Shown: positions 1 to 8,790 of the stretch, piece by piece | Position numbering within the stretch: position 1 is the stretch's first letter | How the letters are laid out: every line of letters starts with the position of its first letter | The notes under the pieces: generated by a model | The model's database searches: none | Told to the model about the DNA's origin: nothing | The model's input: the letters and a program-made list of their open reading frames with translations, nothing else | Position numbers and translations under genes: made by a program | Assembly (NCBI GenBank): GCA_040755995.1 | Contig: JBFMAF010000036.1 | Coordinates: 128,001-192,000, forward strand | From: Acidobacteriota bacterium | GTDB lineage: Bacteria; Acidobacteriota; CAIWXX01 | Length of the DNA: 64,000 nucleotides | Direction of reading: 5' to 3'

Positions 1-21
1 TTCGCCTCCGGTGCGCGTCAT
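1..21 (-). CDS. 5' end of a gene running off the window edge (MTRTGGE...), possibly a TetR-like regulator
   Basis: Minus-strand ATG at 21 preceded by SD AAGGAGA (27-33). A palindrome and a TTGACG-17-TATTAT promoter lie upstream. Confidence 0.4.
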
Positions 22-31
22 GCTGTTCTCC

Positions 32-79
32 TTAACTGACCGTCCGGTTAATAATATACAGGAAGAGGACACTCGTCAA
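32..79 (-). promoter_or_regulatory. sigma70-like promoter with imperfect palindromic operator
   Basis: TTAACTGACCGTCCGGTTAA at 32-51. Minus-strand -35 TTGACG (79-74) and -10 TATTAT (56-51), 17-bp spacer. Confidence 0.5.
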
Positions 80-198
80 GTACGGTTGGAACGGTTTCCT
101 GCGGGGGCGCGGCGACCGCCATTGAGCACTGATCCGGCTTGACACGGCGGGACCGGACGTGAGATAGACCCGGGGGACGTAGTCAAGGAAGCAGATAG

Positions 199-549
199 AT
201 GTGGATGCCAAGCGTATTCAGCGTCCTTCGGCCCGCTGTGGGCCCAAGCTCCTCTCACACTCTGGGGCCGATCGTCGCCGCGAGTGACTTCAGAGGGCTC
301 CTTGCCCGAAGCAGTATCACCACCGGCCGGATCAGCGTCACTCTGCAAGGCAGCCTGGCGCTGACGGGTAAAGGCCACCTGACCGATATCGCCGTCGCGG
401 CCGGGCTCGACGGATTCCGCCCGGAGATGATCAGCTTCGACAAGGCCGTGGCGACCATGATGCAGGTCGGGGTCGACATGTCACGGAAATACAAAGAGAC
501 GGCTCTCGGCGGGCTCGCCGCCGGTGGTCTCGGCGAGAGCGGAGCCTGA
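199..549 (+). pseudogene. sdaA: L-serine dehydratase with a large in-frame internal deletion
   Basis: N-terminal motifs GPSSSHTLGP and GSLALTGKGHLTD are joined directly to the C-terminal motif SFDKAVATM..VG.DM..KYKETALGGLA. Only 116 aa. Confidence 0.8.
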
Positions 550-560
550 GGCTGGTCCCG

Positions 561-1820
561 ATGAGGGTCCTGCTGGTCTCGGCGAACACCGAGCGTGTGA
601 ACATGGCCACGATGCCGGTCGGGTTGGGGTATGTCGCCGCCGCGGCACGAGCCGCGGGACATGACGTCCGATTCCTGGATCTGATGGCCGAATCAGACCC
701 GGCTCGCGCCATCCGCGGCGCCGTGGGCGAGCATCGGCCGGAAGTGATCGGCATTTCTGTCCGCAACGTCGATGACCAGTGCAGGGCGAATCCGCGGTTC
801 CTCCTCGACGAGGCGCGCGCGACGGTCGGCGTGTGCCGCGAGGCGAGCTCGGCGCCGATCGTGCTTGGCGGCGCCGGGTACAGCATCTTTCCCGAGGAGG
901 CGCTGGCGTACTTGGGAGCGGACTTCGGAGTGCGCGGGGATGGCGAGCGCGTCTTCGTCACACTGCTTGGCCGGCTGCAGCGACAGGAAGATCCCGTGGG
1001 CCTGCCCGGGGTGTACAGCGCAGGAAGAATCGATGCTGCTGAGCCTCTCTGGGAGCCGATGGATGCCGCGCACGCGCTCGGCGAGGACTGGCGCCGTTCG
1101 GTGGATGTCTCGAGCTCGGATCTGTGGGTGCCGGTGCAGAGCCGGCGCGGCTGTCCCAATGACTGTTCGTACTGCTCCACCTGCCGGATCCAGGGCCGCG
1201 CGATTCGTATACGGCCCCCTCAGGCTGTGATCGACGAGGTGGTGCGCCTGGCCGATGCGGGGTTCAGGCAGTTCTATTTCGTTGACAACGCCTTCAACAT
1301 GCCCGAGTCGCACGGTCTGGCGCTCTGTCAACTGCTGGAAGAGCGGAGGCTCGGCGTGCGCTGGCGGTGCATTCTGTATCCGCACAAAGTGAGAGGCGAG
1401 TTCGTCGCAGCGATGGCCCATGCGGGGTGCGTCGAGGTGGCGGTGGGCTTCGAGAGCGGCTGCGAGCGGGTGTTGCGAGCGATGAACAAGCATTTCACCC
1501 CCGGCGAAGTGCGGCAGCTCAACGGGCTGCTCGAGCGGCACGGCATACGGCGCACTGGATTTCTGCTGCTGGGCGGTCCGGGCGAAACGCGGGAATCGGT
1601 CGAGGAGAGCCTGGCCTTCGCCGCCTCCCTCCACCTGGACGCGCTTCGGATCACGACCGGCGTCCGCATTTATCCCGGCACACCGCTTACTCGCATTGCG
1701 GCCGAGCAGGGGATGATCCAGTCAGAATCGGGGCTGCTCTTGCCGCGATTCTACCTCGCGCCCGGCCTCGAATCCTGGATCGACGAGCGCGTGAGCCCAG
1801 GTTTCTTCACGTACAGGTAG
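561..1820 (+). CDS. B12-binding radical SAM protein
   Basis: N-terminal cobalamin-binding domain (PVGLGYVAA, VLGGAGYS) and CxxxCxxC motif RGCPNDCSYC. Confidence 0.9.
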   Translation: MRVLLVSANTERVNMATMPVGLGYVAAAARAAGHDVRFLDLMAESDPARAIRGAVGEHRPEVIGISVRNVDDQCRANPRFLLDEARATVGVCREASSAPIVLGGAGYSIFPEEALAYLGADFGVRGDGERVFVTLLGRLQRQEDPVGLPGVYSAGRIDAAEPLWEPMDAAHALGEDWRRSVDVSSSDLWVPVQSRRGCPNDCSYCSTCRIQGRAIRIRPPQAVIDEVVRLADAGFRQFYFVDNAFNMPESHGLALCQLLEERRLGVRWRCILYPHKVRGEFVAAMAHAGCVEVAVGFESGCERVLRAMNKHFTPGEVRQLNGLLERHGIRRTGFLLLGGPGETRESVEESLAFAASLHLDALRITTGVRIYPGTPLTRIAAEQGMIQSESGLLLPRFYLAPGLESWIDERVSPGFFTYR

Positions 1821-2583
1821 TCCCTGTTGGGCATCCGGCGCCCTGATCGGTAGCCGCCAGAGTCTCGTCGATGAATCGCGCGAGTACGTGCCGGCCGCCG
1901 TGGCTGAGCGAAATGAACGCGACGCCGATCCCGTTCAGCTTCTCCCGCTCGGCAGTGGTGTGGCGGACGACCCAGCCTTCGCCGGTGAGCGGCCCCGTCA
2001 TACCGGGAAGTGGCAGCTCGAAAACGATGGGAGCGCCTATCGGGGGTCGGGCGGTTGATTCGAGCAGCATACCGGAGCGCGAGATGTTCACGGTCTGACA
2101 GCTTAGCGTCTCTTCCATGCCCTGGACCCTGACCTCCACCCGCACCTGGATTCGGGCATTTACCCGTGGCGCCACCATTGTCCGGCGGGCGATCGCCGCC
2201 TCGAGCTCATTGGGAGACGCCGAGAGCGGCAACAGCACGTTCAGGCCGTTGCCCAAGAACTGCCGGTATTCCTCCATCTGGGCCTCGGGCGCGAGCAGGA
2301 TGAGGATGCATTTCGCACACGGCGTATTCTCCGAGCGGATTGACGCCAGGATTTCGGTGAACTGCAACTCGACGGACGGCTGGCTCAGGATCACCATCCC
2401 GTAACAGGTAGACTCGATGCGTTCTCTGAGATCTCCAGTTTCAGAGACATCTTCGACGAGGAACGGAGCGCGGGCCAAGAGGCCACGGCGTACTGAGCTC
2501 AGCGAGCCCGGCAGGTTGAACAGCAGGACCCGCATGGCGTCCACTGGTGCCGTTTCAGATTCGAGCCCGGGCATCCGGATCAC
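1807..2583 (-). CDS. PilZ-domain protein with degenerate receiver-like N-terminus
   Basis: RxxxR (PRVNAR) and NISRSG PilZ motifs, plus GIGVAF. Start codon uncertain. Confidence 0.8.
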   Translation of the reverse strand: MIRMPGLESETAPVDAMRVLLFNLPGSLSSVRRGLLARAPFLVEDVSETGDLRERIESTCYGMVILSQPSVELQFTEILASIRSENTPCAKCILILLAPEAQMEEYRQFLGNGLNVLLPLSASPNELEAAIARRTMVAPRVNARIQVRVEVRVQGMEETLSCQTVNISRSGMLLESTARPPIGAPIVFELPLPGMTGPLTGEGWVVRHTTAEREKLNGIGVAFISLSHGGRHVLARFIDETLAATDQGAGCPTGTTCT

Positions 2584-2658
2584 AGCTCGATTGGCCGGCC
2601 GTTCATCCGCGCGACCTCGCGGGATAGGCGCCCTCCCCCATCGGGTCGGCGAGCCATG

Positions 2659-4944
2659 CTACTTGATCTCGAAGCGATAGTGGTTGCTCTCCTTGCCGTC
2701 CACGATCACGCGCACCTCGCAGATACCCTTGCGGCATCGTTTGGGTATCTCGACCTTGATCGACGTGAGGCGCGCGCGTGTGATCTTGGCGAGCCTGGTC
2801 CCGAAGTACACCTTGATCTTCGATGCGTCGGCAGAGAAGTTGTTGCCGCGGATGGTAGCAGAGCTTCCGGGCTTGCTCGTCTTCGACTTGATGCGCGTTA
2901 TCGTCGGACAGCCGGGACAACCGGCTGTGACTGTGATCGTGGCTGTGGAGCTATCGGCTGTGCCGCAGGCGTTGGTGACGCGCGTCCAGAAGTACGCCGT
3001 CGCAGCCAGTGCGACAGTCGTGTACGAGCTGGAGTCCGTACCGACCGGCGTCGACGTGTCTCCGGCGAGGCCCTGGTACCACTGGTAGTGGAGAGGCGCA
3101 GTGCCTGAGGCCGTTACCGACAGGGACGCCGTCTGGCCACTCGATATCGTCTGGCTCTGCGGATCCTCTATTACGAGGGGCGCCGTACATCCGCCGCCGC
3201 CGACAGTAACGGTCGCGGTGTTAGAGTTCGCAGCGCCGCAGACATTCGTAACTCGCACCCAGAAATTCGTCGTCGCGCTGAGGGCCGCCGTCGTGTAGCT
3301 GGCCGAGTCTGTGCCGACCGGCGTGGATGTGTCACCAGCCGCGCCCTGGTACCACTGGTAGTGCAGCGGCGCGGTGCCCGAGGCGGCAACGCTGAGGGTG
3401 ACAGTCCCCCCGCTCGCGACAGTCTGGCTCTGCGGCTGCGTGGAGATCGAGGGGCATAGGCACGTCTGATCCACGAAATTGACACCCCAGAGGTTGCCAA
3501 CGGTCGTGCTATAGCCAACCGAGGTACCGACGGTCCTCGACTGATTGAGGAATATGCAGCCAGCCTTGGAGGCGCTCACGGTATATGTCCCCGCTGGGAC
3601 ATGGACCAGTGCGTAGATCCCTCTTGCGTCGCTCGTGTCTGAGTATGCACCTGCGGTCACGAGGGCGCCGCTGATCGGGTTCCCGCACCCGTCGAGGACA
3701 CGGCCGCTGAGGATTTCGCCGCCTCCGCTCACGAAAACGTTGTACACGCACTTGTAGACTTTGTTGAAGGATGGAGACGAGGTGATGTACGGAAGGTCGT
3801 ACCAGGTATCAGACGAGCCCGACCAGCCCATGTTGAGGTGGTGGTAAATCTTGCCCGAGCTGTACCCGTAGCCGTCGCACACGATCGCATGACCACCAGC
3901 CGCACCTGTGATTCCCAGGTTTACCGGCAACCCTGCATCGAGATTCGGGTTGACCATCTCGTACAACCCGTGCCCGACGAGTTCCTGGGCGCTGTTGTAA
4001 CCCGCGATTGCATTGCTGTACCCGAACCGCGAAGTCAAGGCGCCGGCAATGGCCAGAGTGTCCGCGGCTGAGCCACCGCTCTGGTACCACATGTTAACCG
4101 ATGCGCCCGTGTCGTGCGTCAGGTACCCGATGGCCCTCCTCTGGTTGTCGGGAGTCGAACCTGGCGGGTCGTACGGCATGTTGGCCCAGTCGTAGGCGCC
4201 GCCGGACCCGTCTCCGCCCATCGTGTTCTCGCTCTGCGGAGTCTGAGACGGGCCGACGTAGATGGTGTATGAGTGCACCCCGATTCCAGAAGTCGGGTGC
4301 TGATGGAATCGCATCAACTGCGACATGGCCGTGGCGACACACCCGCAAACCCAATTGTTCGGCGTGAAGTAGTTGTAGCAGAGCCCGCCACCGTCGTTGC
4401 CCTGGTTCCACCTGCTCTGCACGAACGCGTCCACCCGCGGATCGCTAGGCGATGGCACCGAGCCTAGATCCATTCCCGGACGCGCGTCCTGATTCAAGTA
4501 GCGCCGCCAGGTCTCCCTCGCATCAGATACCTCAGTCGAGTGCGCCGCCTCGGGTCCGCCCGTCTGCATCTCGCGCGCCCATCGAAGCCGGTCCGGCATG
4601 TCCGCCATCAGGAAGTCATACAGCGGATTCTGCGGATTCGGATCGATGAAGCCGTTGGCGGAGAAAGCAATTATCGGGTGGATGTAGTCGTCTGGGGCGA
4701 CCACCACGAACCCTGCCGGATCAAGCCTGACTGCATAATAGATGATTTCTCCGCCAGGGCCCTTCTCCGAATCCACGCCCTTGATGACAGCGCTCATCCT
4801 GGCGTTCAGCGGCCGCGGCGCCAGCCGCAACCACCCGGCTACGGCAGACATCGCCTGTTCCGCGCTAACCGGATCAGCCAGAACTACCGTCGCGGCACCC
4901 GCCAAGACGGTAAGAACCACAACAAGGCTAACCAGCTTCCTCAT
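2659..4944 (-). CDS. secreted C10 (streptopain/SpeB-like) cysteine protease with prodomain, CarboxypepD_reg-like domain, two Ig domains and C-terminal IPT/TIG-like domain
   Basis: Signal peptide MRKLVSLVVVLTVLAGAATVVLA; motifs GCVATAMSQLM, GGHAIVCDGY and HLNMGWSG; SD GGAGGGG before ATG at 4944. Confidence 0.9.
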   Translation of the reverse strand: MRKLVSLVVVLTVLAGAATVVLADPVSAEQAMSAVAGWLRLAPRPLNARMSAVIKGVDSEKGPGGEIIYYAVRLDPAGFVVVAPDDYIHPIIAFSANGFIDPNPQNPLYDFLMADMPDRLRWAREMQTGGPEAAHSTEVSDARETWRRYLNQDARPGMDLGSVPSPSDPRVDAFVQSRWNQGNDGGGLCYNYFTPNNWVCGCVATAMSQLMRFHQHPTSGIGVHSYTIYVGPSQTPQSENTMGGDGSGGAYDWANMPYDPPGSTPDNQRRAIGYLTHDTGASVNMWYQSGGSAADTLAIAGALTSRFGYSNAIAGYNSAQELVGHGLYEMVNPNLDAGLPVNLGITGAAGGHAIVCDGYGYSSGKIYHHLNMGWSGSSDTWYDLPYITSSPSFNKVYKCVYNVFVSGGGEILSGRVLDGCGNPISGALVTAGAYSDTSDARGIYALVHVPAGTYTVSASKAGCIFLNQSRTVGTSVGYSTTVGNLWGVNFVDQTCLCPSISTQPQSQTVASGGTVTLSVAASGTAPLHYQWYQGAAGDTSTPVGTDSASYTTAALSATTNFWVRVTNVCGAANSNTATVTVGGGGCTAPLVIEDPQSQTISSGQTASLSVTASGTAPLHYQWYQGLAGDTSTPVGTDSSSYTTVALAATAYFWTRVTNACGTADSSTATITVTAGCPGCPTITRIKSKTSKPGSSATIRGNNFSADASKIKVYFGTRLAKITRARLTSIKVEIPKRCRKGICEVRVIVDGKESNHYRFEIK
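2929..3456 (-). repeat. tandem duplication encoding two Ig-like domains (~273-nt period)
   Basis: SGTAPLHYQWYQG..GDTSTPVGTDS occurs twice; DNA ccctggtaccactggtagtg at 3071 and 3344. Confidence 0.9.
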
Positions 4945-5174
4945 GTACCCCCCTCCACAAGTCGAGCTGCCATGCGTGTTCCCCCTGCCGGACGGATGTG
5001 CGATCTGACGATCGCCTCCGGCTCCACGGCAGCGCAATGCGCCTCGCCGCTCCCACAGGGTTCACGCCTGGAGTATACGGGCGCCGGACAGCGAAATCAA
5101 GGCCTCCCGCGCACAGCGCTCGCGATGGCGACGCGCCACCTGTTGGCTCAAGGTGTGTGCCCGGGGGACGGAAC

Positions 5175-5693
5175 CTACTGAAGCCCGTCGCCCGCGGCCA
5201 CGGCCTGCTCGATCGTCGACACCAGCAGAAACAGCGATCGAGCTCTGTCGGCGAGTGGCACGAATCCATGTCGGCTGTAGAAGCGGGCTGCCGTGTCATC
5301 CTTGGCTTCGGCCAGCACGGCGACAATGCCGATGTCGGTGCGGGACAGACGGGAGACTCGGAGGAGGGCATCCCTGAGGAGCGCCGATCCGAGGCCACGT
5401 CCCGATGCCGACTTGTCGACGGCGAGCCTGCCCAGGCAGGCAACTGGCACAGGATATCTTGGGCACTTTCGCCGAAGATCCGGAGGAATCGATTCGAATG
5501 CGATGCTCGCCACGCTGAGCGAGCAGAAGCCATATACACGTTCCGCATCCGACGCGACGAAAGTGCGCGAGTAGTTCTTGTCCTGCTGCTGCCTCGCGTA
5601 GAGTCTGATGAACTCGTCTAGGGCTGAATTCCCGCAGTCAAAGGAGCTCCGAATGTGGTCCCTGTTGAGGGGCTCGATCCGCCAGCCTGTCAT
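5175..5693 (-). CDS. GNAT acetyltransferase toxin (TacT/AtaT-like)
   Basis: Motifs FDCGNSALDEF, LGRLAVD..ASGRGLGSALL and FYSRHGF; overlaps the stop of the DUF1778 gene. Confidence 0.9.
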   Translation of the reverse strand: MTGWRIEPLNRDHIRSSFDCGNSALDEFIRLYARQQQDKNYSRTFVASDAERVYGFCSLSVASIAFESIPPDLRRKCPRYPVPVACLGRLAVDKSASGRGLGSALLRDALLRVSRLSRTDIGIVAVLAEAKDDTAARFYSRHGFVPLADRARSLFLLVSTIEQAVAAGDGLQ

Positions 5694-5974
5694 CGCGCCC
5701 GCACGCCCCGCAACAGCCTGCGCAACGCCTTGTTCGGTTCCGGCGGGTTCTCGATCGCCCTCAGGAAGATATCGCGATCGCGATCGCTGAGCACGATGGC
5801 CTCATGTTCGGAAAGAACGCGCCTGGCCGCGTCGCGAGCGTGTGCCAGCATGAACGCTGACAACGTGAGACCTGAGATGTCGGCTGCCCGCTCGATTTCT
5901 CCGCGGACCTGTGGGCTCAACCTGAGATCGATGCGAGCACTCCTCTGCGAGCGACGTGACGCTGACTTCGCCAT
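5690..5974 (-). CDS. DUF1778 (TacA-like) antitoxin
   Basis: RIDLRL..IERAA..LSAFML..A..I.LS.RD...F; SD AAGGAGG before ATG at 5974. Confidence 0.9.
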   Translation of the reverse strand: MAKSASRRSQRSARIDLRLSPQVRGEIERAADISGLTLSAFMLAHARDAARRVLSEHEAIVLSDRDRDIFLRAIENPPEPNKALRRLLRGVRAR

Positions 5975-6098
5975 CGCTGACCTCCTTTCCGGCAGTCTAG
6001 CACAATGTACGGAAAATTGCCACCATTTGCCGCGATCGAGATCGAGCGATCGGCTCGCCCGCGCGTGGCGTTGGCGACGGGTTCCGTGTGTTCCCATG

Positions 6099-7262
6099 TC
6101 AGTGGGATGGGTTCGAAGGTGGCGCGAGTATCTGTCCAAGCGACCGGATTGCGTCCTCGACAGGCCATACCTCGATCTCGTCCCAGTACTCGCGGTGTGA
6201 CCCACCGTAGAACAAGTAGCAGCGGGCGGACGGATAGTCCTCCTTGAAGAGGCGCAGCCCCGCCGCATCACGTCGCGAGAGCCTGGCACCCCGCTTGACT
6301 TCAATCGCGACAAGACCGCGCCGGCCGTACGCGACTATATCCACCTCTGCGCCGGTGCTTGTGCGCCAGTACGAAATCGAGTACTCCGACGCCGAATACT
6401 CGTTCATCGCGAGCAGTTCCTGCATCACGAGTGACTCTAGAGCGGCTCCTTCTATCTCCTCGGGCGTGTCCAGCGGCCCACTCGGCCTCAGCTGCCGGTA
6501 GACACCCACATCAAAGAAGTAGAACTTCGGGTGCGCAGCCATCCGCCGCTTGGCACGCCTGGTAAAGACCGGCACGCGGAAACCGAGCAGGAGGTCTTCG
6601 AGCAGGTCGAAGTGATACCCGACCGTCCTGCGATCGATCCCGGCCTCTCGCGCAATCTCAGCCGTGTTCAGCGTTGAGGCCTGGGAGAAGCTCGCCGTCT
6701 CGAGGAACCTGACGAAGGAAGCGATGTTCCTGGTCAGCCCTTCCTGCAGCACCTCCTCCCGGAGATACGTCTTGACATAGGACGCCAGGTAGTCCCGTGG
6801 CGCAGGCTCGGAGAAGATCGCAGGCATGTGCCCATAGAGCAAAGACTTTCTTAGATCGAAGTCATCTCCCAGCTCACCCGCCACCAATGGGAACATGCGA
6901 TACGTGTGCGCCCTGCCGGCCAGAAGATTCACACCGCCCCGGCGAAGTCTGCGGGCGCTCGATCCCGTCAGGACGAAACGCCATCCTCGAGCCTCGATCA
7001 TCCGGTGTACCTCGTTCAGAATCTCCGGGGCGCGCTGGACCTCATCGACCACCACCCATCCGCGATGGTTGCGCGGGACGAAGTCGGCGAGGCGCCCGGG
7101 GTGCGCGAGGAGCGACTGGTAGACATCGGCATCCAGCAGGTCGATGAACACGGCGTCACCACAGCGCTGTTTCAGCCATGTCGTCTTGCCCGTTCCACGA
7201 GGGCCGAACAGGAAAAAGCTGTGGCCCGCGGCCAGGGGTTTCGAAAGCATTCTGGCATACAT
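6099..7262 (-). CDS. AAA+ ATPase (AAA_14 + DUF4143, COG1373-like)
   Basis: Motifs GPRGTGKT, VVVDEVQ, LTGSS, PKFYFFDVG and YWRTSTGAEVD..AIEVK. Confidence 0.9.
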   Translation of the reverse strand: MYARMLSKPLAAGHSFFLFGPRGTGKTTWLKQRCGDAVFIDLLDADVYQSLLAHPGRLADFVPRNHRGWVVVDEVQRAPEILNEVHRMIEARGWRFVLTGSSARRLRRGGVNLLAGRAHTYRMFPLVAGELGDDFDLRKSLLYGHMPAIFSEPAPRDYLASYVKTYLREEVLQEGLTRNIASFVRFLETASFSQASTLNTAEIAREAGIDRRTVGYHFDLLEDLLLGFRVPVFTRRAKRRMAAHPKFYFFDVGVYRQLRPSGPLDTPEEIEGAALESLVMQELLAMNEYSASEYSISYWRTSTGAEVDIVAYGRRGLVAIEVKRGARLSRRDAAGLRLFKEDYPSARCYLFYGGSHREYWDEIEVWPVEDAIRSLGQILAPPSNPSH

Positions 7263-7263
7263 G

Positions 7264-7290
7264 TTTCCATTCTACATTGAAAAATGGAAA
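7264..7290 (-). promoter_or_regulatory. inverted repeat overlapping the -10 of the AAA ATPase gene
   Basis: TTTCCATT-N11-AATGGAAA; minus-strand TAGAAT lies 6 nt before the ATG. Confidence 0.5.
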
Positions 7291-7412
7291 AGCCAAGCGC
7301 CTTTCGTTTTTCGTGGAAAGGTCGACCCGCGACGGCTTGGACGGGTCTCGGCCCCCGGTGAGCTGCCCCCTCCACCATGCGCCGGTAGGCGAGGCCAGAC
7401 GTGCGGTCGGGA

Positions 7413-7775
7413 TCAGGTCACATACTGCCGCATGCGTTCGGCCTCTTTGCGCAGCGAGTCGGCTTCGCGTCGATGCGTCTCGGCCTCCACTTTCCAGCGT
7501 TCAACACTGTCCTGGTCAGATGGCGACTGTGTGGTTGCGTAGCGCTCGGCAGAACGCACTGCTGCTGCATCGGCTTCTCCGGCGAGCACCTCGGCTTCCT
7601 TGGCCTTCTTCTCCGCCTCGTCCGCAAGCTGGAGATAGCGCTGCGCCTCGGCTTCGTTCGGCTCCCTACCGCCCTCTCGCGCGAACGCCCGCTCCAGCAC
7701 TCCTCCGACCTCCTCCTGCGTCCGCGTGTCAGCAGGCCGAAAGCGCCCGGAATCGTCCCTATCTGGATCGTCCAT
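7413..7775 (-). CDS. hypothetical charged helical protein (120 aa)
   Basis: Last gene of the co-oriented cluster; A/E/R-rich; carries the RFRxAxxxTxxExxxxLxRAF motif. Confidence 0.7.
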   Translation of the reverse strand: MDDPDRDDSGRFRPADTRTQEEVGGVLERAFAREGGREPNEAEAQRYLQLADEAEKKAKEAEVLAGEADAAAVRSAERYATTQSPSDQDSVERWKVEAETHRREADSLRKEAERMRQYVT

Positions 7776-7831
7776 TGTTCATCTTCCCAGGTTGGAGCCA
7801 CCGAGTGCTGCGGGTAACGGCCTCACCGGCG

Positions 7832-8551
7832 CTAGTCCTTCTTGACATCGGCGGCCTCATCGGGCTTCTCGTAGCCCTTCTTCTCGGCTACCTCTTCGAC
7901 GCCCCACGTCCGGATCTCGCCGGCCTCTCGTCGCTTTTCCCAGGCCTCGTCACCCTTCTTGTCAGCCTCTTGACGCCACGCGTCCGCGTCTTTCTGCCGA
8001 GTCTCGGCCGTCTCCTTCAGACTATCCGCGTCCCACTTGTCCTTGGCGATTTCAGACCGCGTCCCAGCCGCCTCAGCCTGCAAGTCAGCGCGCTCGGCCC
8101 TGTGCCCCGCCTCCTCCTTGCGGTACTCTGATGCCTCCGCCTGGCGGTCCGCCGCCTGGGCCGCATAGTAATCCTTGTCTTCTTTGGACTCTGCACGCTC
8201 CGCCTGCCACTTTGCGTCGGCAGCTGAGTCGTCCTTGCGCTTGGCGTACCACTCATCCCAATCCGCGTCCTGCTTCTTGTGCCCCGCCTTGTACTCATCC
8301 CAGTCCGCCTTCTCCTTGGCGGCCCGGTCATCCACGGTGTCGGCCCACTTGCCCACCGCCTCCTCCGAATCCTTGCGGTCCTTCGGCGGCTCCTCCTTCG
8401 GCTTGTCCCAATCCAGGGCCTTTTCGACCTCCTTCTTCGTCTCCGGCGTGGCCTCGGTCTTGGCTTCCGTCTTCGCCTCGCTGGTACTCGTCGATTCGGC
8501 TTTCGCTTCCGTCGACGACGTGGTGCTGCTTTCCGACGTCTCTTCGGCCAT
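7832..8551 (-). CDS. hypothetical highly charged Trp-periodic helical protein (239 aa)
   Basis: SD GAGGTG; S/T/E-rich N-terminus followed by A/E/K/D-rich helical repeats with periodic W/Y. Confidence 0.8.
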   Translation of the reverse strand: MAEETSESSTTSSTEAKAESTSTSEAKTEAKTEATPETKKEVEKALDWDKPKEEPPKDRKDSEEAVGKWADTVDDRAAKEKADWDEYKAGHKKQDADWDEWYAKRKDDSAADAKWQAERAESKEDKDYYAAQAADRQAEASEYRKEEAGHRAERADLQAEAAGTRSEIAKDKWDADSLKETAETRQKDADAWRQEADKKGDEAWEKRREAGEIRTWGVEEVAEKKGYEKPDEAADVKKD

Positions 8552-8586
8552 GTGTCACCTCTCTGAGAAGTCCTCCGTGCTATGTC

Positions 8587-8775
8587 CTATGTCTTTCGTG
8601 CTGCGTCACGCTCGGGCTCGGGAAATGCCCTCGCAAGCGCCTGCTCGGTCTCCGACCGCGTCTCGTTCGGCGCCGCCCTGAAGCGAGCTTCATCGACCTC
8701 GCCGATCTTCTCGACGGCCTTGTCCGATTCCCGCACCGCCTCCTGTGTGATGTCCATGCTCCCCGGATTCGGCAT
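8587..8775 (-). CDS. hypothetical small acidic protein (62 aa)
   Basis: Strong SD GGAGGA; begins 16 nt after the ATPase stop; carries the RFRxAxxxTxxExxxxLxRAF motif. Confidence 0.7.
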   Translation of the reverse strand: MPNPGSMDITQEAVRESDKAVEKIGEVDEARFRAAPNETRSETEQALARAFPEPERDAARKT

Positions 8776-8790
8776 CTGTCCTCCTCCCGC

